Assembly (NCBI GenBank): GCA_964016885.1
Contig: OZ024740.1
Coordinates: 275,094,001 to 275,158,000, forward strand
Direction: 5' to 3'
Source of the DNA: Eledone cirrhosa
Taxonomy: Eukaryota
Length of the DNA: 64,000 bases
Shown here in pieces: positions 40,173 through 52,364 of the stretch. Each line of letters starts with the position of its first letter. Within the stretch, counting starts at the first letter, position 1. Below the pieces are notes generated by a model. That model searched no databases, had not been told where the DNA came from, and saw only the letters and a list, made by a program, of their open reading frames with translations. The position numbers and the translations under genes were made by a program.

Positions 40173-40530
40173 ACCTTTAGCATTTAAACCAGCTGTATCC
40201 AGCCAGAATTCTCTCACCTCTTTCTGTTCAAACTGGCTGTAACCAGCTGCTCATACCAACGTTATGGTATTATTCTCAAAATAAATAATTGTTTCTACAT
40301 TAGGCACAAGGCCAGCAATTACCCAGTGTATTACTGGTACTTTATTTTATCGACCTCATAAGGATGAAAGGCAAAGTTAACCTCGGTGGGATTTGAACTC
40401 AGAATGGCAAGGGCCGTAACTCTCAAAATAAATAATATCATCAAAATATCGTAGATTTGATATTATGTGAGATAAAGCCTTTACTGCAAAAATACAATAG
40501 TAAATATTTAGTAATGTAAATGCTAAAATG
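40173..40530. mobile_element. piggyBac-type MITE containing a nested SINE (40290-40420, minus)
   Basis: Homologous to 32920-33127; SINE flanked by 16-bp TSD TCTCAAAATAAATAAT (40274-40289 / 40421-40436). Confidence 0.75.
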
Positions 40531-41200
40531 ATAAGAGGTTAAGAGAGTTTTGGCCTCAATTTCTAGCTGGATGACTGACCATGCAGTGGCTTCTTCACTA
40601 GCTACTTGTAGTGTTTGTATTTCTGGTGGTTTGAATTTGATGCACTAAGAAGTTGTGTTTTCTTCTTCATACTTCTGCTGTTGTTGTGGTGCTCATGGTG
40701 TTCTGATGGTTGTCTTGATTTAATGATATGGGAGTTGTCTATATTTGTTGTTTAGGCTGTGCTGTTATTTATTGTTATAGTTTGATGAGGTATGACAGGC
40801 TGGATGTTTGTTGTTGCAGTTGTCTTTATTATTGTTAATCTGGGATGAGAGCTGGTGGATTGTTGTTGAAGCTGTTAGTACTGCTTTTTTTTAGGGTGGT
40901 GGGTTGAGGATTTGCCATTAGTAATTGTTTTATTTAGTAGCCATAGTAATAGTTGTTATTTTCATTTTTATTATTGTTGTGGTGAGCTGAGATATGGTTT
41001 GGTTGGTTACTTGACTAGTTCATATGGCATCGTAAAGGTGTTGTTGTGCTTGTTTATGGTTATGATTTAATGTGTGTTCATGTGGTTTACTTTTTGTGCA
41101 AGGAATTCTTATTTAGTTCACATTTACATATTTTGTTTATTCTGTAAATGTTTTGTTTTATGAGAGTTAGAATGTCTATCTGTCTGTATGTCTCTCTCTG

Positions 41201-41231
<31 letters not shown>

Positions 41232-43479
41232 GTGTGTATATATATATCATTGTTATTTTAACATCTGCTATCCTTGCTAGCAAGGTTTGTACGGGTCTAT
41301 ATAGACCAAGTTATACTGAGGTGGAGCCATTGATCTCTCAAGCAAGCTGTTCCATCAAGTGCTCAGGAGATGTCATGCCTTTGACACATCCCTTTGTTTG
41401 GCAAGATATCTATGGCTGGATGCTCTTCCTATCACCAACCACCTAGAGTGTGTACTGGGTGCATTTATTGTGTACATTACCAACACTAGGGAGGTTGTCA
41501 TGCCCTTGACATAACAGAATCACTGATAGTACTTTCATTGTATAAATCAATAAAAAAGAACTTCAAGAAAAACAATAATATCAGTAACTACATTACTGGT
41601 ACTATTTAATTTTCTTAATCCTAAATAAAAAGAAATCTGGCTTTAGTTTCATTTAACTTTTAAAATCCTGATTTGATTTAGCAAATCTATCTAAAAACAG
41701 GTTTGCTGATTCAAATTCTAATGAATAGATTGTTTTGAAGGTTTCAGTATTAGCTTTAATTTTTCCTGTGATGCAGTCAAAGAAATGTTTTGTACTTTTC
41801 AAAAATGTTGTATTAATATGGTTTCATGTGGTTAAGAGTTAAATAGAGAAAACAATAATGTGGAACATAATATTAATTAACATCTTATGTTATAAATAAA
41901 TCAATAAATTTAATTCTTTGACATAATCAATGAAAAATTCAACAAATCGAGGCATACTTTAGTGTACCATGTCAGTATTGAAAAATCATAACAAAAATTA
42001 AGAATGAATATACAACAAATTTAGAATATATATATATATATGTACGTATTCAAATTTATTTTAAAAGTAATAGAGAACTTTTACATTTAAACAAAATAAA
42101 AATTTATAAACCCAATGAAGAAAAAAAATGTGGAAACATTCTCTTATTTTGTGATAAAATTGATTTCATATAAATAAAACAAAATAGAAAATGAAATAAT
42201 TAAGAACAAATTAAAAAAATATAATTAAAAGAATTTAGCAGCTTCTTCATCACTAAAAAAATTGATGTAAGTAAATAACTTAGTATAAATAGGAATTTTA
42301 TTTCAATCATTTTGCTATGGGACAATCTGTGATTAATGAAAATAATAATTATGACAACAAAATGAACATTGGAATTAAAAGAAAAACATAAATAAATGAA
42401 GAAATAAAAATAAATAAAAGACAGGAAAATGTGAAGAAATGTTTTTCATTTTTTTTTTTCACAAACCAAAGTTGCCTTCAAAACAAACTTCAAAATAATG
42501 AATCATTTAGAGAATAAAGATAAACAAACAAATATCTATTAAATAAAAATATATATTAAAAAAACATGGAGCAAAAATATAAAATAAGTATAAACATATA
42601 ATTAAACTAGAAAAAATTAAAAAATGGGTTTAAAAAGAAAGTAAATAAAATGTTTGCTTAATCAACTAAAAGAATTTGAAAACAATCATTGTTATTTTGT
42701 TGATGTTGATTTTTCTTGTTGTTTTCATTATTACTGCTGTTACTGTTGTTTTAATTGTTGTTGAAGTTGTTATTGTTCTTTTTATACTATTCTGTAAATA
42801 TTTCTTTTAAAAAAAACTACATTTTCGACTAATTTTATTTTTAGTTATGGATAAATCATTGATGAAGATTTCATGACAGAAACAAGGAATAAATAAACCT
42901 ACGGTGTGTTTGTTATTTTGTGGTAGCTTTACTATAATTATTATTATTAATAGTTTTTGTTATTTTTGTTATTATATCTATTTATTTGTCTATCGACGCG
43001 TGCTACAGGTTGCTCTAGTAAGTTTGTCATTTGCATTGTTTTCAATGTATTTTCTGAACATTTGAAATTATTTTACAGTTAAACTAACCGGTATCCTTGT
43101 AAGCAGGTTAGTTTTTCCTGTGTTTAGTTTCCAATTTTGAAGAATAAGAGGGCAGATAGCGAATTTTTTGTTGCAAGACAGAATAACCAACTGTCTGCAG
43201 GATGGAAGAACCAAACTTCAGAAAAGAATGACAGCAGCAGCAACAACAACAAATCTGCACGGGAAAATTATGAGATAAATTTCACACAAATAAAAATGTC
43301 ATTGCTGCCATCACCATCTACAAAATAAAATTAACATTACCACAAACATTGCCATCACCACCACAAAAAATATGAGTGAAGAAAAAACAAAAATAACAGA
43401 AACACAGACAACAATAACAACACAGTAATGGCTGCCATTAGAAACATGTTGGTCTAAGCGGCCAAACTGATCTAGTCCA

Positions 43480-44640
43480 TTCAAATCCCAAATCTATCAT
43501 GTCCAACACCAACACCAAATATCCTGCAGTTAATTCCTGTGCTCTGCTTCATTATGTATTTTTATTTGTTTTTGGTGGTGATGCTTTGAACTTGTATTGC
43601 AATTAGGAATCCTCCAGTTGTGGCTTTTAGACCAGTTTTGAGAATTTTGCTTGTCTACTTCCTCCCTATTTAGTGTTTTGGTGCATTGGCCCTGTAGGGT
43701 TTTTCCTTGGCCTGGATTTTGCATTCTAGTGTTTTCAATTTGGATTCTATTTTTCTTTTCAGTTTCTGTTGCTGTTCTTCTAGATATTCATTTATTTCAT
43801 AATTATCGGTCAATTTAGCTTCTGTTTTGTTGGCTTCCCTTCAAGACAGCAAACCATCTTTTGTTTTGTTCATGTTTCATAGCTATTTGCATTAAATTTC
43901 AATGTTTCTTCATTAAATATTTTGTAGCCCTACAGTAAATATTTTATAAGGTTCATGGATGGTATATAATCTTTCTAAACTTGATTTTGTGTGGTGTATT
44001 CTAAATACAGTCAGTATTTTTCTTATTCTCTCTATTGTTTTTTAGATACTTGAATGTCCAGTTCAGAATGTTAGAACTGTAGCTTATCACTGAGATCACT
44101 AGTGTATTGATACTTATTATTATATTTTTGCATTTAATGTCTTCTTAAGTAGTACAATAATGCTTCTTTAGTATTCTTTTCTAATCTTTAATTTCATCTG
44201 TGTGTTTTGAATCCCATCTAATGTATTGATTCCTAGTATTTGCATGTCTTTGTTTGATCTAACTTTTTAATCTTTGTATCTTTAGCTGACAGTGTATTAA
44301 TCTTTTTCACTAATTTCCCTCTCAGCACTAGGCTTTGCCAATCACTTTTGTCTCTTACCAACTCTGTTATGAGGTTTAGCTTTGTGTGGCTGCTCTTCAG
44401 CATTTCATCTCTTGTTTTTCTTCTTCCACATGTTCCCTACATTTTGAGTATCTGGTACTCCATAGGCTCATACAGGTGCAATCTTCTACTTGCACACTAC
44501 ATTTGATTTTCTATTGTATCTAGATTTCCTTCTAGCTTTATTTTTTGTGCTCCGTTGTTCATGTACAGCATTAAATATCTACCAGTGAATGCTTGCTATA
44601 CTTTCTTTGAGTCTCCACAAACACTCAGCCTTAATTGCCA
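43480..44640 (-). mobile_element. Decayed R4/Dong-like LINE (RT C-terminal region)
   Basis: Minus-strand fragments YLGINTLDGI, LNAKNIIISINTLVISVISYSSNILNW, KTLQGQ..EEVDKQNSQNW, GFLIAIQ..SITT; many disablements. Confidence 0.65.
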
Positions 44641-44649
44641 TCTCTCTGT

Positions 44650-45881
44650 CATCATCATCACCGTTTTACGTCCGTTCTTCCACGCTAGCATGGGTTAGAC
44701 GGGTTGTCCTGTTGTGGGCAGTGTCTGGTCGGCTGACCATGCCTTGCTCATACAGGAACTGATCTGGCTTGATTTCTACAGCTGGATGCCCTTCCTAACA
44801 CCAACCTCATTTACAGTGAGTGCTGGGTGCTTTTTCGTGGCGCCTACACGTCCACTTTACAGTGTGGGCTGGGTGCTTTTTTGCCGTGGCACCTCCACGA
44901 CCACCTTGCGGGGGGGGGGGGGCATATTGTTTATATGCTTCAGCATGTACCCATGGGAGGTCGGGTACCCTGTATTACTGCGTGACGCCAGAAGTCACGG
45001 TCGTGTGTCATTGACTTTGAGAGGTGTAGTTGGGTAAGGTCGGCTTTTATCACCTCATCCCAAGTCATCTTGGGTCTCCCCACTCCGCGGTTTCCATCAA
45101 CTTCTAGTGCTCTGCACCTTTTTATGCAGCTGTCATCCTTCATACGTATCACATGTCCATACCAGCGTAACCGCCTCTCCTGCACGCAGCATTTGATTCC
45201 TCTTATGCTCAGTCTCTCTCTCAATTCATTTATGCTTTGTCGTTCACGTATATTACTGTTACACATCCATCGGAGCATGCAGGCTTCGTTTCTCTCTAAT
45301 CTACGTAAGTCTTCCACCTTCAGCGCCCAGGTCTCACTACCATGCAACATCGCTGTTCGGATACACGCATCATACAGTCTGCCTTTCATTCTGAGGGAGA
45401 AGCCTTTTGCAGCTAGCAGTGGTAGTAGTTCCCTAAACTTCTTCCATCCCGTTCTTACCCTAGTTATTGTACTTTCTGAGCACCCACCTCCGTTGCTAAT
45501 TCGGTCACCTAGGTAGCAGAAGCTGTCTACTGTTTCTACAGGGCCCTCCCAGAGATTGGTGGTACTTGTTTCCTGTGGCTGTTTGCTTGCTGTTTCAGCA
45601 CAGCTGCTGCATGTGAATCCTACATTCTTAATTAAGCTTCCTGAGATCCCGCTACATCTCTTGTGTACCCATTGTTTGCATTTGGGGCAAAGAATGGAGT
45701 TCCTACCTACACCTTTCCTACATACTGAGCAAGGCCATTTCCCTGAGGGGATCTGGGTTCTGTTTTCTCGTCTACTTATAAGGACCTTAGTCTTTGTCAT
45801 GTTGACTTTGAGGCCCTTTCTCTCTAGTCCCTGCTTCCAGGTTTGGAATTTATTCTCTAGTTCTACCATAGATTCAGCTAT
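44650..45881 (-). mobile_element. RTE LINE family A, 5'-truncated, least decayed copy
   Basis: Open frame over the whole retained coding part, 3'UTR and (TCA)n tail. Confidence 0.93.
44940..45869 (-). CDS. C-terminal 309 aa of RTE reverse transcriptase ORF, with PHD-like finger (truncated, probably not expressed)
   Basis: GLKVNMTKTKVL - [20 protein letters not shown] - FCYLGD - RRLRWYGHV - RGVGRPKMTW. Confidence 0.8.
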   Translation of the reverse strand: MVELENKFQTWKQGLERKGLKVNMTKTKVLISRRENRTQIPSGKWPCSVCRKGVGRNSILCPKCKQWVHKRCSGISGSLIKNVGFTCSSCAETASKQPQETSTTNLWEGPVETVDSFCYLGDRISNGGGCSESTITRVRTGWKKFRELLPLLAAKGFSLRMKGRLYDACIRTAMLHGSETWALKVEDLRRLERNEACMLRWMCNSNIRERQSINELRERLSIRGIKCCVQERRLRWYGHVIRMKDDSCIKRCRALEVDGNRGVGRPKMTWDEVIKADLTQLHLSKSMTHDRDFWRHAVIQGTRPPMGTC

Positions 45882-45916
45882 GTATACATAAATATATGTT
45901 TATATACATATATATA

Positions 45917-46417
45917 TCATCATCATCATCATCATCATCATCATTTTACGTCCGCTTTTCCCTGCTTGCAAGGGTGGGACGGGTCTTATTCAGCACAGCA
46001 TCTCTCTACTTGTCACCTAGGTAGCAGAAGCTGTCTACTGTTTCTACAGGGCCCTCCCAGAGATTGGTGGTACTTGTTTCCTGTGGCTGTTTGCTTGCTG
46101 TTTCAGCACAGCTGCTGCATGTGAATCCTACATTCTTAATTAAGCTTCCTGAGATCCCGCTACATCTCTTGTGTACCCATTGTTTGCATTTGGGACGGGT
46201 CTTATTCAGCACAGCATCTCTCTACTTGTCACGGTCCCTCGTCATCTCCACCGTGAGCTTCAATGATCTGAGGTCTGTTCTCACCACCTCCGCCCATGTT
46301 TTTCGTGGTCTACCTCTACCACGTCTTCCTTCAACTGGCATTTCCTGGCACTTCTTCACCCATCGGTCATCCTCCATGCGCATCACATGTCCATACCACC
46401 TCAGTCTCCTCTCCCGT
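45917..46417 (-). mobile_element. RTE family B 3' fragment with an internal 183-bp family A insert
   Basis: B sequence at 45917-46016 and 46191-46417; A sequence 46012-46194 identical to 45504-45686. Confidence 0.9.
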
Positions 46418-46499
46418 AAGGTGCGCACATGCACAAAGATGCTATGAAATAGTTTATAAAATAGGGTGATACCCCTAAAGATGGAAAATGAAGTTGATA

Positions 46500-46562
46500 T
46501 CAGCGCCTATGAGGAATTGAACCCTATATTTCTCAGGTACCAGCTAGGTACTTTAAACCATT
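46500..46562 (-). mobile_element. Decayed tRNA-like/SINE head
   Basis: Minus strand TGGTTTAAAGTACCTAGCTGGTACCTGAGAAATATAGGGTTCAATTCCTCATAGGCGC has A/B-box-like spacing; no complete cloverleaf. Confidence 0.4.
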
Positions 46563-47773
46563 AATATATATATGATCTGGGAAATACACACACAAAACGC
46601 ATGTATATAAAGTCATTTTCATATCTCTAATATACACAAACACTGAATCACATACACACATGTATATATATTATTTCATTCTGGTATTGGTTTGTATAGT
46701 GTTACTTTCTGCATGTCAAGTGCTCTGTATCAAAAGAAGTGAAAAGATAGCAACAGTTTGACCTTACACTGATAACTCGTCCATGGTGAAATTATGAAAA
46801 AGTGCCATTTACACATGAGATACAGTTGAAAGAACAGTAAACTGAACTTTTAATAGGAATACTTTTTATGACATGCAATATAATAATAATATTGGAGATG
46901 AGGGGACGTCTGATTAATGTTTCTGTATCTCCTATATATATATGTGTATGTGTATGTATATATGTGTGTGTATTTGGGTGGGGTGTGTGTATATATGTAG
47001 GTGTATATGTATTTATGTGTGTGTGTGTATATGAATATATGTGTGTGTATATATATATATATATGTGTGTATGTGTATGTATATATGTGTGTGTGTATGT
47101 ATGTAGGTTTATATGTATTTATGTGTGCGTGTATATGAATATATGTGTGTATATATATATATATATATGTGTATGTGTATGTATATATGTGTGTGTGTAT
47201 GTATGTAGGTGTATATGTATTTATGTGTGCGTGTATATGAATATATGTGTGTATATATATATATATGTGTGTGTGTATGTATATATGTGTGTGTGTGTGT
47301 GTGTGTGAGTATATGTATGTATATTTATATAATGTTAAGTGTAAACTGAAGAACTGTGGCAAGTGAATGAAGATATGTCACAGAGAACATGCCACCAAGA
47401 CAAATTCTCCATTATTATCTCAATATAAAAAAGGTTATAAGCCCAACAACATAATTGATACACACACATATAAACACACAGACATACACTCACATACACA
47501 TGTATAAAAATATGTGGGTACTACAAATAACATGTAAACCAATACTAAACCACCAATCCGGGGTGTACATGTTGGACATACTGCAGGGTAAAAAAGAAAT
47601 TGTTAAAGGGCAGGTAAAATCCAAATAACTTGCAATTTCAAGCATTGTGGTTAAAACCCCTCAACTGTATATACAACACACAACCATACATATATATGTT
47701 TGTGGGTGTGTGTGTGCATATATAATGTAGAGATATATAGGTGTATATGAATGTTTGTGCATATTTTCATGTC

Positions 47774-47807
<34 letters not shown>

Positions 47808-48532
47808 CCTGGGATTGTATATCGAATCATATACTTCACTGTGAATGTTAAAAATCTGTAATCATGTCACTGGTCTTCTTAGAAACAAATAAATTAATAA
47901 ATATGTATATATATATATATATATAACCTTCTACTTTGACCACTAGCCACGTGATGATTCTTACCCATTTTTCAATTTTATCTGACTGTTCCTCGCGGAA
48001 AATAGTCTGTATCATTTGTCTATTATTTCTTCATAGTTACATTTTAAACTTGTAGCCTCGTTTAAATGATTATTTATCTGGTTGATTTCTACGGACTAGG
48101 GTGAGGAAAGACAGGATACATTTTATCTAATAATTCTTCAAACTTGCAATTTTATATATAGCTCTGATTAATAATTATTTGTTTAATTAAATTTTTCATT
48201 GAGCCACAGTGTGAAAGGTAGCCACACTCATATATGTATCTGTGACTATGTCTAAATATATGTCTAAATATATACATATATCCCTATGAATTTAATATAT
48301 ATATATATATATAATGTATATATATATAATGTATATATATATATCCTATCCATGTAGTGTGGAAGATGGATGTTAAATAATGATGATGATGATGGGATGT
48401 GTGAGTCCCTGGTTTAATTGGGGGTAATCACAGTAAGTAAAGAACTGAATACATTAGTAGAGTAAATTTAATATAGAAATAATTTCTCCAGGACTAGAAC
48501 TTCGAATGAAACAGTTTTAGTCCTTTAGAAAT

Positions 48533-48597
<65 letters not shown>

Positions 48598-49662
48598 GTA
48601 TGTGTGTGTGTGTGCTCTTGTATCTCTTTTCTTGATTTATTGTTTTAAATTGAGTCTGACAAACCCTATTGATCATAGTAAGTATTTATTTCACCCTAGC
48701 GAATCTGGCCCCTTACGATTTGAACACATATATGTATATATCTGTGTTTATCTCTCTTTTATATTTAATTATATTACACGGCTCAGAAAAAACCTCTTTC
48801 CTTGAACTATTTAATTGTAAGGGATTATTTTGAGTTTCTAACTCAATATATACCTTTGATATATATATATATATATATCAAATAGGGTGTGGTAACAATC
48901 AGTTCGGATCTAGCTGTTGAAACAGCGGGAGCTCAGCCGTTGGGGTCTTGAATATATTCATATATATATATATATATATATAAAAATATATATACATATA
49001 CATACATACGAATGAGGACATTTTTCGTATTCGTCTTATTTGGGAAACCTCTGGTAATGAGGTAATTATATTGTTTATTATACATTAAATTTAACTCTGG
49101 TACTTACATAGAGCACTCTTCACTCCTATGACTTTTTCAATTTTCAACGGAAACTTCAATACCTATATATATATACACATACATACATACCTAGGCAAGT
49201 ATGGATATGTATACATGAGTGTGTGTACGCATGTATGTTTCCACATACAAGAACACACTCATTCACTAAGGTATTTCAAATACTAAGGGAGATAGAAATG
49301 GTAAAGACAGAGCATGATTCCTCTAAAAAAAAGTTTCACAAACTTTAAATGAATTTTACTCATTTCATTCATTTTCTTTCTTAGAAAGTATATATTAAAA
49401 AAAAAAAATGAGATAAAATTATTTTACACTATTATCGAAGTAATAATAATAATAATGACTAGAAGGGTAAGAATATATACATAAAACTAAATAGCCGTTT
49501 TTCATTTTTGAATTTTCACATTTGTACTTTTAGCATTTTCTAAGGCAAAGAAAATAATAAAATAAACAACATAATGAATGTAAAAAACACATTCACTACT
49601 TTAACCTTAAAGATGTTAAACAAGTAGGAATGTATATATATGCATGCACGTATGCATGCATT

Positions 49663-49695
<33 letters not shown>

Positions 49696-49819
49696 TTGTG
49701 TGTGTGCATTTATGTATGTATGTGTATATTTGTATGTACATGTGCGTATATACATATAAATTGATGTGTGTGTGTATATATACATATATATACATATTAT
49801 GTATTTATATATATGTTTG

Positions 49820-49852
<33 letters not shown>

Positions 49853-50675
49853 TTCTATATATGTTTGTATATATATATTATGTATTTATATATATGTTTG
49901 TATATATATATATATATATATGTTTGTATATATATATATATATATAGGTGTGTGTGTGTTTCTATATATGTTTGCATATATATATTATGTATTTATATAT
50001 ATGTTTGTATATATATATATATATATATATATATGTTTGTATATATATTATGTATTTATATATATGTTTGTATATATATATATATATACATGTGTGTGCA
50101 CTTACATTTTTATTGATGTGTAATTCAACTACATGTAATACACAATTTCAGTGTAAGTAAAACAAACTACATAAATAAATATATATAGGAAATATCGATA
50201 GATACCAGACAAATTTCTTTTGAGAGAAATTTGAATTTAAATGAAAATATCTCTTATATTTATAACTTGTAGATAGAAATATTGAGCAACTGCTTGAGAG
50301 AGGTATGTGTGTAAAAATAATATATAATGCAGAGGTTGAAATTATAGCCTCATCACTCCCAACAACCCCTAACAAGAAAACACAAATAAAAGTAATAGAA
50401 AAAATAATAATAATATTGTTGGTTTTAAATCTCTGTTTTAGACATGATAGGTGAAAATATTATAATTCAATGATAATAGAGGGCAATGTAATCATTAAAA
50501 TATGCTTGTGTATGTGTAGGAATTTATATGTTTTTATATGCATATGCATGTGTGTATGTATGCATGTGTATATACATATGTATATATATATATATAGGTG
50601 TGTGTGTGTGTGTGTATTTATATATGTATTTGTGTGTGTGTGTGTATATACATATGTGTGTATGTGTTTATATAT

Positions 50676-50737
<62 letters not shown>

Positions 50738-51146
50738 GTGTATGTGTGTATGTATATATATATATGAATGTGTTTGTGTTTTCCACCACATCATCTCAGT
50801 AAAATAACTGAAACCAGAATAAGAATATATAGGTAAAGATGATACAAAATTACAAGGGTGTAATCAGTTTAAATGTGAGATTGTAAACCAAAATAAACAG
50901 AAGGTGGATAAAACTGAAAAAGAATGACACATGGTGGACAACATATATGCACAAAAATAAGATTATTGTGTGTACAGAGGAAATATTTATGCTAAATAGA
51001 AAGAAAAGTGATCTGAGGTTTCAAGTTAATCCATTTATCAAAGTAGGGTAAGAAAATAAAATAAAAAACTGTTAAAATGTAAAAGTTGGAGGGTAGATGT
51101 GTTTTAAAGAGCTACATCCTGTGTGTATGTATATATATATATATAT

Positions 51147-51747
51147 GGTGGCTGCCAACTCGTTTTCGAGTACGGCCACTACTTTATATCCATGTAGGAG
51201 AACCCATACCAATGCGCTGAACGAGTGTGACTTTTTAGTCCAGCCAGCGACTTGAAAACTCTGGTACAAACACTACACTTGTGACAATTATTGACACATA
51301 GTGCTGGGCCCATGGTACCATGTGACGACAAGTGCAGAGAGATCTCCAGATATAAAGCAATGCTTGTGCTGTGAAGCTTTTATAGTGAGCAAAGGCACTG
51401 CACAAAGCCAGTCCCACTCTCTCAACCAAGATGATATTTACCAAAAAGAAGAACAATTCAACATCATTGGATACCATCAGGGCTGCAGGTGTTATATCAG
51501 GGTTTTCCTTCTCCTAGAATTCTGCCTTGACAAAGGCTAAGGGGTCATCTCTCCCGGTGATTTTGGATGGCTATTGACTCTTAAGAGCCCCTTTGCCTTT
51601 TGACAGGTTTTATTTTTAGTCCTGCAGGATGTCCAAAGCCACCCTCCTCACCAAGAAACCTTGGTGGGGTTGCCAGTTTAGTCGCCAACGACCATGAGAC
51701 AGGTTGTACTGGGATACATGTTACCAATAGCACCAACTGGTGACCTG

Positions 51748-51750
<3 letters not shown>
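51147..51750. mobile_element. Unclassified GC-richer insert between TA runs (probable retroposon fragment)
   Basis: Sharp compositional boundaries at TA repeats, no recognisable ORF, local hairpin CACCAAG-AAAC-CTTGGTG. Confidence 0.35.
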
Positions 51751-51781
<31 letters not shown>

Positions 51782-51793
51782 ACATATATATAT

Positions 51794-52364
51794 ATATAAT
51801 AAATAACAAAGAACGCTTATAGCATATGCATATCTTTACTTGCTAACATTGTTTCATCCGCACTATAAGTGGGACTCATCAGAGCATAAAGGTTAATTAC
51901 ATACCATACAAGCAATAACAAATCCAAGACATTGAAGAATGAAAGGTAATAATAGACAATAAAGGATAAGAATAAAAATAAAAGTAAAAATAAAAATAAA
52001 AATAAAAATAAGGGGTGCTATCAGTCACAGTTGGGCGGGGTGCTGTCAACATATAGTTACATACAAGCATACACATGGATAAGAGAACAGACAAGAGTAG
52101 ACACATGGATAAGAGAACAGACAAGAGTAGATAAGATAATGGGATTAGGTAAGAGTAGGTAAAAAATAGGTAAAAAATAGGTGAAAAACAGACTTATAAT
52201 ATATATAAATAAGAAAATATAAAGAAATACAAGTAAAGATATGCATATGCTATAAGCGTTCTTTGTTATTTATTATATTACGGCTCTGTCCTCAGACATT
52301 GAGCTAACCTCATACTGCCTGCTGGATAAGTGGAGTGTTATACACCCCTGATCCTTTCCCTAGC
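51794..52364. mobile_element. Penelope-like inverted pseudo-LTR insert with hammerhead
   Basis: Identical 49-bp inverted arms 51794-51842 / 52230-52278; 30-bp tandem duplication 52071-52130; tail ending TTTCCCTAGC next to TA; flanked by TA runs. Confidence 0.65.
51841..51886 (-). ncRNA. Type I minimal hammerhead motif
   Basis: Minus strand TGCT-CTGATGA-GTCCCACT(TAT)AGTGCGGAT-GAAA-CAATG-TT-AGCA; 4-bp stem I, bulged 8-bp stem II, GUU triplet. Confidence 0.75.

Noticed and set aside
45070-45891. Plus-strand ORFs of 148 and 111 aa shared with other copies
   Set aside because: Antisense shadows of the RTE ORF, conserved only because the TE copies are similar
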